A DNA stretch of 64,000 nt from Minisyncoccia bacterium (GTDB lineage Bacteria > Patescibacteriota > Minisyncoccia > Phycocordibacterales > SBAW01). The notes under the pieces are model-generated. The model saw only the letters and a program-made list of their open reading frames with translations, was not told the origin of the DNA and made no database searches. A program made the position numbers and the translations under genes. Positions 39,205-47,220 of the stretch are shown here, one piece after another. The DNA is taken from positions 58,059 through 122,058 of the forward strand of contig JBEKSG010000001.1 in assembly GCA_049997855.1 (NCBI GenBank), in the 5' to 3' direction. Positions within the stretch are counted from its first letter, which is position 1. Each line of letters opens with the position of its first letter.

Positions 39205-39405
39205 TCAGCCAATATTTGACTGAGTTCTTTCCTTCAAGCGATTGGCGGCTCGTTTCCCGAATTCCTTTACGAGAAACAAGGGGTCCACTGCGGATGGTTC
39301 TTCGGGCAACATTTCGAAATACTGGTTCGTTGTCGCCCGAGCCGAGGACCTGATACTAAGCATTGCGAGACATGCCGCGAGGGCGCTCTGTACAACAAAG
39401 GGCAT
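39205..39405 (-). CDS. Small hypothetical protein
   Basis: ORF followed by a terminator-like hairpin near 39161-39193; start uncertain. Confidence 0.35.
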   Translation of the reverse strand: MPFVVQSALAACLAMLSIRSSARATTNQYFEMLPEEPSAVDPLFLVKEFGKRAANRLKERTQSNIG

Positions 39406-39485
39406 CGAAGTCTCCTCCTCTACAATCTAAAACCAATTATAAACATTGCCGCTGAATTTTAGATTAATTTTACGCGGTGCTATTT

Positions 39486-40115
39486 TTATTCTTCCAAATT
39501 CCTTACAGAATCGGCGTTGAGCGTCGGCTCCTGCGCGACGGTGTCGAGCATGCCGGTAATAGTCACATAATCTCCTATAAGTACATTCTGAGGAGAAATC
39601 TCTTGGCCGTCACGGTTGAGGAAACGTGTTCCGAAATTGTGCGTTTCGTAACTGCTTGCATCAGTGAGTACTATCCACCTAAAATCCGTCGAGCCCCATG
39701 CCGCACTGACGGTTATAGTCGTTCCATTTACCGCCACCACTCGTGCACTACGCAGGAGAGTGAGCCCGTTGTTGGCAATATGCATCTCACTGGGAAAGAG
39801 CGGGACGCCTGTGGCGACTGCGGGCGCAGACATCGCGGTACCTTGAGCCGCGGCTTTGTGCGGTGGAAGCGAAAAAAGGAAAACAGAGAACGAAAAAACA
39901 AAAAAGAAAATAGCGCCTACAAACAGAAAAGTTCCGAAGAGTTTGACATACGACATATCCACCATCGCCTTAAACCAGCGGCGGATTACTCCACTCCTCG
40001 CTCGGGGAAAGTCAAAGGAGTGCGGATCAAAGGTCTGCACCTCCGCAAAAAAGGCCGTAGGGGGAGCGTATAAACGCATGTTCTTAACTATAATTATATC
40101 CCGTGAAGCCATCAT
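39486..40115 (-). CDS. Membrane protein with C-terminal OB-fold-like domain
   Basis: One TM; VVAVNGTTITV..IGDYVTITG..LNADSVRN. Confidence 0.6.
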   Translation of the reverse strand: MMASRDIIIVKNMRLYAPPTAFFAEVQTFDPHSFDFPRARSGVIRRWFKAMVDMSYVKLFGTFLFVGAIFFFVFSFSVFLFSLPPHKAAAQGTAMSAPAVATGVPLFPSEMHIANNGLTLLRSARVVAVNGTTITVSAAWGSTDFRWIVLTDASSYETHNFGTRFLNRDGQEISPQNVLIGDYVTITGMLDTVAQEPTLNADSVRNLEE

Positions 40116-40381
40116 GAATCACCGATGAATCCATTTGATTCATTTGGACTTCATGAGAAAGAACTTGGCGTGAAAGTTGGATATAAGATTTCTGTTACTA
40201 AACTCGCCACTGCCACAAAGAAGCCTGGCATAGAAGGGAAACGAGCGCGTCTTGCGGAGACTATCAAGAGCTTTCATCAAATTCATTGGGTAACTATATC
40301 AAAGATGAAAAAACACCCAAGGAAAAAATTCCTTGGGTGTTGATCTGCTCGGATGATCGCTCCTGAAACCTGCTTATTTAT

Positions 40382-40690
40382 TCAGTACGGATCATGCTCG
40401 TCGCGCACTTCCTGCACGACATAATATACGAGTGCAAAGAGGCTTATCATGATTCCGCCGAGCGCATACGAAATTGCGCTCAATGACAGATGCCACGGAT
40501 GTATGACCCACGTGTCCTGGTGATACCAAAAATGATCTCCGGCAACAGACCACAACGCAATGCCCGCGATGATTACTCCCACCATGCATGCGAAGTATAC
40601 GACTGCCCGGACCCACCACGACCAATTTTCATGCATCAGCTTCAACGGCACCGTGACGGGCCATCCAGCTACGAAGAAGATAATTTTCAC
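40382..40690 (-). CDS. Small membrane protein
   Basis: Two TMs; 13-bp terminator hairpin downstream (about 40312-40341). Confidence 0.55.
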   Translation of the reverse strand: MKIIFFVAGWPVTVPLKLMHENWSWWVRAVVYFACMVGVIIAGIALWSVAGDHFWYHQDTWVIHPWHLSLSAISYALGGIMISLFALVYYVVQEVRDEHDPY

Positions 40691-40794
40691 GGTTTTTCCC
40701 CCTGTGTTTTGTGCTAACTGTGCTACAGTATACAGATATATTTTAGAAAGTCAAGTATTAGTAAAGGGATGCCCAACACAGAGGCTGGGCAAGT

Positions 40795-41034
40795 TCATCG
40801 CGGCAGACCTTTATTTGCTTTGAAGATTCCGCCGCCGGAATGTAGACCGAACGAGGTGACAAGGCCGGGTATTGCTTGCGGCATGTTCTTATTACGCCAA
40901 CAAGCGTCGCAGTAAGCAGTCCCTTTTCTGACTGATTTTCCGCAGCGTACTCCTGTGGCGTAGTCTAATCCGTTACATGTTGCCTCATTGGTTTTTTCGG
41001 TAGGCTGCTTTTGAGCACTGATCGATATTGCCAT
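40795..41034 (-). CDS. Small Cys-rich protein (possible zinc finger)
   Basis: C-x9-C-x9-CxxC; AGGAGG Shine-Dalgarno upstream on the minus strand. Confidence 0.55.
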   Translation of the reverse strand: MAISISAQKQPTEKTNEATCNGLDYATGVRCGKSVRKGTAYCDACWRNKNMPQAIPGLVTSFGLHSGGGIFKANKGLPR

Positions 41035-41215
41035 AGTACATCCTCCTACCCAAACTATATCATCGTTTCAGACCACCAGCTCAATGTATTAAAAAAGGGC
41101 CGCCCAAGAGGGGCGGCTTGAAACAACAGATCTTCCTGTTCGTGTGTTCGCGAACAACATGCTCCCATTGCTTGAGGCATGCCTCAAGCACGGCGGCGTC
41201 TTCGTGAAGAATCAT

Positions 41216-41869
41216 TCACATCTTCCAGCGTTCGGCGCGCTGGATCTTCAGCGCCCAGCAGACCTCCCGAACATTTTCACAGAGTCTCGTCTGTTGGTCG
41301 ACGATCTTATGAGTCGCCCGTTCATACAGAATATTGACGTAGTCCGGTTTGAATCTCAAAGCCCGGCCGATCGCAACGACATCCAGATGTAGCACGTCGC
41401 ACCCGATGAGGATGACTGCCTGCTGGGCAGCGGCGCATTTGGTGCTCTTCAGGGCGCCATCAACGATATGTTGCCATGACATACCGAATACTTGCGCGAC
41501 GCAGTCTCTTACGGCATAGATCGTCAGCTCAGCGTCACTGCTGCTTTTCATCTTCGGTGAGAATAGGCGCCAAATCTCCGTCGCACACGCCGACAGTTTC
41601 TTGTCGGCGGCGAGATGCGCCCTAGCATCCGCAATTTCCTTCCCCGAGCAGAACATGCTGTCTTGCAGAAAGCCATCCGCATCTTGCACAAACTTATGCG
41701 TACTCCCCAAGGCGAGCACCAATACTCGGGCATTCCAGCAATCCGACGAAGGATCGTCGACGGGTTCTTTGATCAGCTCGGGCGGAACTCCCATCCTACT
41801 CGAGACGATACCGGCTAAAGCCGCCAGTGTTTCCTCACGGCTTCTGTAGCCAACCTGCACATGTGCCAT
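41216..41869 (-). CDS. Protein with two divergent DnaA domain IV-like HTH units
   Basis: VRDCVAQVFGMSWQHI..AAAQQAVILIG..LDVVAIGRAL resembles the DnaA C-terminus; a similar unit is N-terminal. Confidence 0.55.
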   Translation of the reverse strand: MAHVQVGYRSREETLAALAGIVSSRMGVPPELIKEPVDDPSSDCWNARVLVLALGSTHKFVQDADGFLQDSMFCSGKEIADARAHLAADKKLSACATEIWRLFSPKMKSSSDAELTIYAVRDCVAQVFGMSWQHIVDGALKSTKCAAAQQAVILIGCDVLHLDVVAIGRALRFKPDYVNILYERATHKIVDQQTRLCENVREVCWALKIQRAERWKM

Positions 41870-42201
41870 ATCTTTCTTTCTCCTGAGAGTTATGTATGGC
41901 CTTAAAGATCTCAAAACAGAACCGCACAATACTAAACCATACTATAGCACCCGGTACAATCGTACAATTATATCTTATACCACAAAAATCAATACTTGCA
42001 AATAGATTACAGCTGCATGAATCACCTACAAAGAGGAAGACCTTATTTGAGAGATGATACCGCTCCGCTCGAATAGTACAGGATTTAGTAAGCCAATTTA
42101 TCCCTGCGGCAGAAGCCGCAGGGAGTTTTTGGCTAAATGCTTAAACTGGTAACTTAACGATCCGAGACCCCCGCCGAGAATAAGGTCGCTCTCGCCGCAC
42201 C

Positions 42202-42360
42202 CTACTTTGAGGTAGGATTCAATGCGCCCCAGAATCCGACAACCGCAATGACTACGCCCAGAACTACGAGCGTCCACGTGAGCGTCATGCCCGTGAGACC
42301 TAAGAACGCCGCCACAATCACACAAAGCCCGAGCACCCCATTTGTCCAATCTTGCCACAT
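42202..42360 (-). CDS. Small SPW-repeat-like membrane protein
   Basis: MWQDWTNGVLGL..VLGVVIAVVGFWG. Confidence 0.6.
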   Translation of the reverse strand: MWQDWTNGVLGLCVIVAAFLGLTGMTLTWTLVVLGVVIAVVGFWGALNPTSK

Positions 42361-42542
42361 AGTATTTAGTATTAGTTGTTTTTGATAAAATGATGAAGCA
42401 AATCTCGGATGTGCCCCATGCGGTAAGTATATATCGGTTTTGGTGCTCTTTTGGAGCGAAGTGGAATAACGGGCTCCCACTGGCTGACAAGTTCAGAACC
42501 GCAGATTGGATACAGTTTGAGCGCGACCTACAGTTCAGTGGC

Positions 42543-43058
42543 CTACTTGACCTGCCGTTGTTTAGGCAGTTTTCTCTGACTTGAACGGACCAATACGTAA
42601 ATAGATACTGCCACGAGCGAGATGCCGACCGGCGGAAGCACATACAAAACGAATGCTGCGAAGTTGTAGAGGATAGTCGCACTCGTGTTCAGGACAGTAA
42701 ATAGGGTTGGCACGATGTACTGATACGACAAGAACATCAAGAAGAGCCAGACGACCGCCTTGATAAAGTTGTACAGCTCCCATGAGCCGAAACCCTTTAC
42801 GACGACGTCGTGCAACACTTTGTAAAAACGTGCTTCGTAGAGTAGGAAGCCAAGCGTGCAAAAAGTAAAAGCGCTGTAAAACGCTCGGTAGAAAAACTCG
42901 GGCTCCGACAGCGGCTTCACCTCTACCCACTGGAACTTCACACGAAGCGCGAAGCGCCAAAGTAGCAGCACCAAAAGCAAAACAGTGTACGGCACTGCCG
43001 AGCTAAAAACCTCTTTTGTTTGAGCAACGAGAACGGTTCGATACCACGGCTTTTTCAT
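42543..43058 (-). CDS. Hypothetical membrane protein (island cargo)
   Basis: Four hydrophobic segments; ATG at 43058. Confidence 0.65.
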   Translation of the reverse strand: MKKPWYRTVLVAQTKEVFSSAVPYTVLLLVLLLWRFALRVKFQWVEVKPLSEPEFFYRAFYSAFTFCTLGFLLYEARFYKVLHDVVVKGFGSWELYNFIKAVVWLFLMFLSYQYIVPTLFTVLNTSATILYNFAAFVLYVLPPVGISLVAVSIYVLVRSSQRKLPKQRQVK

Positions 43059-43075
43059 GTTGGATAAGTTCAGAA

Positions 43076-43315
43076 CTACTTCGGCCAAGCTAGGTAAATC
43101 TGGATACCCGACGCCATCAGCGAAAGCAGGATTGCCACTATCGCGATGCCTAACGACCAACGTGCATAGCGTTTCGACGAAGCTGAGTTTTCTACTGCCA
43201 GTCGTCGCTGTAGCTCGTGCGCCGCAAGAGCGCCGTACCTCGGGTCCCAGTTGTCCATTCTCTGGAACAGCTCTTCTTCGGTGTAGCTCGGCAACGGTTT
43301 ATCAAAGTTAGCCAT
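43076..43315 (-). CDS. Small protein with C-terminal TM
   Basis: Co-oriented, tightly packed ORF. Confidence 0.6.
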   Translation of the reverse strand: MANFDKPLPSYTEEELFQRMDNWDPRYGALAAHELQRRLAVENSASSKRYARWSLGIAIVAILLSLMASGIQIYLAWPK

Positions 43316-43321
43316 ACAGGT

Positions 43322-44062
43322 TTACTCTTTTCTTGCGCCGTCTGCCTGCTCTTTTTCCAAGACAGCTCTTTCAGCCGAAAGCTCTTTATCGGTAAAGCGT
43401 AAATCGTTTTTGTACCAGATGCGGCTTCCTTTGCCGAACCCATAAAATCTCTTCATCTTGAGTGTGTCGGTTTTATTCGCATCGTTCAAGAGCAAACGAA
43501 CCTTCACGCGAAGGTCGGTTAGGTCCTCGATGACTTTCGGATACTGGTCGTCTATGGTGCCAAGAGCTTCATTGAAAAAACTGATGACGTTCTCTGCGAG
43601 TTTACCGCCCCCGCTCATAATGGTCCTTTTGAAGGCCTGATACTCGTTGTCTATCATCCGCAAGTGATGGTCAAAACCCTTGAGTTTTCTGATGATGACA
43701 TACACCTCGTTTACCAACTCCACGTTGTAGCTCTTGAAAAAGTCCATCGAAGGAAAGTCGTAAAACTGGAAGTTCTTTGGGAAAATGGCTCCCGGCGTTT
43801 TCAAAACATCCAAAAACTCGTTGGTTGTCCGTGCATCGTAGGCGGTTATGTTCAACCACTCAAGTAAGTAAATCTCTATCTGGCGTAGAAACTCTTTGTG
43901 CTCCTTGTTTGCGGCATAGATTTTTTCGTATCGGATTATCAGGTAAGGCACGATGACTGAAACCAACAAGGCGACGCTGCTTATCAAGACCGGCAAAACG
44001 TCTTTCCAAAAGTCGAACGACCCTCCGGTTCCTATTTGGTGGAAGTAGTGATGGGGATACAT
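43322..44062 (-). CDS. Hypothetical protein with N-terminal TM and helical domain
   Basis: 246-aa ORF in operon-like arrangement. Confidence 0.7.
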   Translation of the reverse strand: MYPHHYFHQIGTGGSFDFWKDVLPVLISSVALLVSVIVPYLIIRYEKIYAANKEHKEFLRQIEIYLLEWLNITAYDARTTNEFLDVLKTPGAIFPKNFQFYDFPSMDFFKSYNVELVNEVYVIIRKLKGFDHHLRMIDNEYQAFKRTIMSGGGKLAENVISFFNEALGTIDDQYPKVIEDLTDLRVKVRLLLNDANKTDTLKMKRFYGFGKGSRIWYKNDLRFTDKELSAERAVLEKEQADGARKE

Positions 44063-44074
44063 TCGCGTTCAGTA

Positions 44075-44326
44075 TTAGATGCGACCACGAAGAGCACTCA
44101 CGAGAGCAATCAGGTTTTGCAGCTTTCCTTCCGCGTTATCTTCGTTGAAGTTCTTGATAATGCCTTGCACCCTCGTAAGCAATGCGACGGGGTCCGCAGG
44201 CCGCGGTTCTTTTTTTGGTTTTGTGCTTTTTTCTTTTGCTGCTCTTGGCGGCGCTGCTACCATCCCCGCCTCGGTAAGAAGGGCTTGAACTTTCTTGAGC
44301 GTTTCGAGTGCTTTTTCGGCGTCCAT
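44075..44326 (-). CDS. Small basic hypothetical protein
   Basis: 83-aa ORF divergent from 44363. Confidence 0.6.
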   Translation of the reverse strand: MDAEKALETLKKVQALLTEAGMVAAPPRAAKEKSTKPKKEPRPADPVALLTRVQGIIKNFNEDNAEGKLQNLIALVSALRGRI

Positions 44327-44362
44327 TGTCCTGTAGTGTAATGTAAACTAAAGTAAAGGGCA

Positions 44363-45490
44363 ATGGAACCTCTACAGATACTCGAACGCTACTTCAACTC
44401 CTTTATCGGGTCCGAAGACCCGAAGCAGTTTTTTATGGGCCTCAAGGACTATCTCGACTATGGCGACGCGGTGCCAGAGTTTGACCTCATTACGACGCAG
44501 GTTTCAGCCATGCCAAAGGAGCTGATGGAACGGTACGAAAAACAACATAACGAAGCACTCTCCAAGATAAAAGAGGCGCACAAGAAAATAGCCAAGTACG
44601 TCGCCAAAAACAAAGTTGAGATACCAGTCGTTCTGAACGCTCTCAAACAGTACGATAGTTTCGAACAAAAACGCTCGACTAGCAGCTGGCCTCTTGCGTA
44701 CACCTTGCACGATGAGTTGCATGACGCAATCGAGTTCCTCTACCGGACCCCCGAGCACAAAGAGTTCGCCGAGAAGTTCATTGAGTTTTCCGACCCCACA
44801 AAGGCGCACGCGCGGCACTACCTACCCATCAAAGAGCTGGACGACTTTCTCGAAACGAAAAAGGAGTTTGAACGCCAGTATGAAAATGAGTTATGGGGTG
44901 CACAGCAGCACTTGTACGAGCTTTGTAAAATCGTTCGCGAAGGACATGCGATGGGCAAAGAAGTTATTGCTCGAGCACAGAGGAAAGAGCCCGGCGCAGT
45001 GTTCGACTGGATGAACTTCAGCGTGATTATGAGCGAGTGGATGAAAATCGAAGAAGGCCGCCCCGAGCGCGACCCTGTGTTCTTCAAACCGAAAGAAGTA
45101 CGGCCAAAGGCGCAGCGCTTTCACTTGTATGTTTTGTCCCGCTTCGCAGCTGCGCACGCAGCTCTTGCCGAGGTAAAGCAAGAGAAGCCGCTCTCCTTCG
45201 ATGAGAACGAGGCAGTTTTGTGGGTCAAGAACAAACCCTTTCCTATCCGTCGGGTATCGGACCAGTACGACTTGCTCCGGGTCATTTTTGCTGACCCAGC
45301 AGAGGTCGGTAAAGAGTGGTTTTTTGATGAGATAGCAGAGAAAGTAGACCCAGCACGCTCAAACGAACGGCTCAAGAAGTACTACAACGCCGCGTATCAG
45401 ATAAGTAAGAAACTCGCCGAAAAGGGACTTCCGGGCTTCTTTATTACGAAGAGACACTCTGCACGTATCGGTTCGACCTACTTGTCTTAG
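44363..45490 (+). CDS. Hypothetical protein with probable C-terminal winged HTH
   Basis: QYDLLRVIF..WFFDEIAEKVD..YYNAAYQISKKL. Confidence 0.7.
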   Translation: MEPLQILERYFNSFIGSEDPKQFFMGLKDYLDYGDAVPEFDLITTQVSAMPKELMERYEKQHNEALSKIKEAHKKIAKYVAKNKVEIPVVLNALKQYDSFEQKRSTSSWPLAYTLHDELHDAIEFLYRTPEHKEFAEKFIEFSDPTKAHARHYLPIKELDDFLETKKEFERQYENELWGAQQHLYELCKIVREGHAMGKEVIARAQRKEPGAVFDWMNFSVIMSEWMKIEEGRPERDPVFFKPKEVRPKAQRFHLYVLSRFAAAHAALAEVKQEKPLSFDENEAVLWVKNKPFPIRRVSDQYDLLRVIFADPAEVGKEWFFDEIAEKVDPARSNERLKKYYNAAYQISKKLAEKGLPGFFITKRHSARIGSTYLS

Positions 45491-45545
45491 ATGTCTTAGA
45501 TTTTATCTAGGCCACACCAAGATACCCATTGTCTACGCTTAGTGC

Positions 45546-45722
45546 GTGGACGCTCAAAAAGGACAACCCGATAAACAGACCGAGGATACCGAGCTGATGC
45601 AGCGGTTTTTCGGCGACTTCGAAGCACGACGCAACATCGTCGGACTTTACGACCTGCTCTACAAAATCGACCGGCGCGTCAATCCAGACCTTTACCAGCA
45701 TAAAGAACCCGACCATGGTTGA
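45546..45722 (+). CDS. Small 58-aa protein coupled to Rep (below the ORF-track cutoff)
   Basis: GTG start; MDAQKGQ..EARRNIVGLYDLLYKIDRRVNPDLY; stop overlaps the Rep start. Confidence 0.6.
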   Translation: MDAQKGQPDKQTEDTELMQRFFGDFEARRNIVGLYDLLYKIDRRVNPDLYQHKEPDHG

Positions 45723-46836
45723 TACCGTCATACTCACGCTGCCGCTCGAAAAAGCGCTCTTCCTCGACTTGAAGGCAAGCGGCGTTGAGCCATGGGACCT
45801 TCAAGCGCGAACCAAGGCCTACGAGAAGTTCGTCCGCAATCCTTCGCGCCGCGATGCCGAGAGCGGGCTGTACTTCCCGCGTCTTACCGGCTACAAGCGC
45901 AAGAACGGCAAGCTCACATGGCAAAAGAGCATGAAGATAGAGTTTTCCGCTCCGAAACTCATCTACAAAAACAATCTCGAAGAGCTGGCCGATAGCGACT
46001 TCGAAAATGTCGTGGACGCGCTCATGGACCGGATGCAGCAGATGGGCGTCGTCATCAAACGGCATGACTTGTGCAATGCCGAGGTGCGCTCGGTTCACTA
46101 CTCCAAAAACATCGAGCTAAAAGACGGTTACACGGCGCAGTACGTTATCGGCGAACTCGGCAAGATAAACCTCAACAAACGCTTCGACCTCACGCGTGCG
46201 CGTTTTATGAACGATGGGCAGAGCTTGTACCTCTACACCATCGCGCACTCGTTCGTTTTGTATGACAAGGTCGCCGACCTCGGCAAAGACGCGAAGCGAG
46301 CAATCGACAGAGAGCAGACACCGCAGCAGTTGAACTTGTTCAAACAGCTCGACAAGAAAAAAGAGATACTGCGCCTCGAGGTACGCTTGAGCCAGAAGCA
46401 GAAGATGAACTCACTCTTCAAGAAACTCGGGTTCGCAGAAAATCCTACCTTCCGCGACGTGTTCTCAAAAGCAAAGAGCAAGAAGGTCCTCGGGCACTAC
46501 TGGGAAACGATGATAGCCGGACACAGCGTCTCGCTCTTCGCACCATCGCTCACGCCGAAAGACCTGCTCAAACAGGTGCTCATCGCACGCAAGGGAGCGA
46601 AAGGCAAGACGGCAATCTACCTTGCGGGGTTGCTGCTGTTCGCTCGGGACGGCAACGGCCAACGCGAGCTGCGTTCGATACTCTGCAAAAAGAACGACGA
46701 CCGGACGTGGTACCGCATTGCGGCAGACGTGAAGAGCATCGCGACCGACTTGAGAAAAGTGCATCCGCGCGACTGGTACGACCAAGTTCAAAAGGCACTC
46801 ACGAGTTATCAGCGGTATCGCATGGACAGCAGTTAG
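45715..46836 (+). CDS. Phage/plasmid replication initiator-like protein (gene II/X, Rep_trans-like)
   Basis: MVDTV, IEFSAPKL..NN, VHYSKNI, LYDKV, LRLEVRL. Confidence 0.7.
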   Translation: MVDTVILTLPLEKALFLDLKASGVEPWDLQARTKAYEKFVRNPSRRDAESGLYFPRLTGYKRKNGKLTWQKSMKIEFSAPKLIYKNNLEELADSDFENVVDALMDRMQQMGVVIKRHDLCNAEVRSVHYSKNIELKDGYTAQYVIGELGKINLNKRFDLTRARFMNDGQSLYLYTIAHSFVLYDKVADLGKDAKRAIDREQTPQQLNLFKQLDKKKEILRLEVRLSQKQKMNSLFKKLGFAENPTFRDVFSKAKSKKVLGHYWETMIAGHSVSLFAPSLTPKDLLKQVLIARKGAKGKTAIYLAGLLLFARDGNGQRELRSILCKKNDDRTWYRIAADVKSIATDLRKVHPRDWYDQVQKALTSYQRYRMDSS

Positions 46837-46877
46837 AGGTCGTGCGTGTTCGAAACTATCAAATAAAAAATAACAAC

Positions 46878-47024
46878 ATGAAAACAGCAGTACAGAAGTT
46901 CGTTGAAGAGATGACAAAGGCCTTTGATGCCTACTACCGACAACGCCTTTCCGAGAGCGTAAAGCGCGGCCTCCGAGCCAAGAAGTTATCAACTCGGGCA
47001 AAGTTGCCCTGTAAACCAATGTAA
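46878..47024 (+). CDS. 48-aa peptide resembling serine recombinase helix E
   Basis: FDAYYRQRLSESVKRGLRAKK versus LAKYYSDAISDNVKRAFEQKR in the island recombinase. Confidence 0.5.
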   Translation: MKTAVQKFVEEMTKAFDAYYRQRLSESVKRGLRAKKLSTRAKLPCKPM

Positions 47025-47039
47025 AGTATGATTATAGGC

Positions 47040-47216
47040 ATGCAGCAGAGGGAGTTCTACAACCCGCAGGAACTGGCCGACAAGCTAGTCGTAAACGTCA
47101 TGACTATTTATCGCTACATCAAAGCGAAGAAACTCAAGGCGCACAAAATCGGAAAAGAGTTTCGCATCGAAAAGTCCGAGTTTGATGCGTTTCTGAAACG
47201 CACCAGTACGAAATAA
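47040..47216 (+). CDS. Excisionase-like HTH DNA-binding protein (HTH_17 type)
   Basis: YNPQELADKLVVNVMTIYRYIKAKKLKAHKIGKEFRI. Confidence 0.85.
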   Translation: MQQREFYNPQELADKLVVNVMTIYRYIKAKKLKAHKIGKEFRIEKSEFDAFLKRTSTK

Positions 47217-47220
47217 AACC

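Noticed and set aside
42390-42584. 64-aa ORF as an independent gene
   Set aside because: Better explained as host flank fused to the displaced recombinase tail at the att site.
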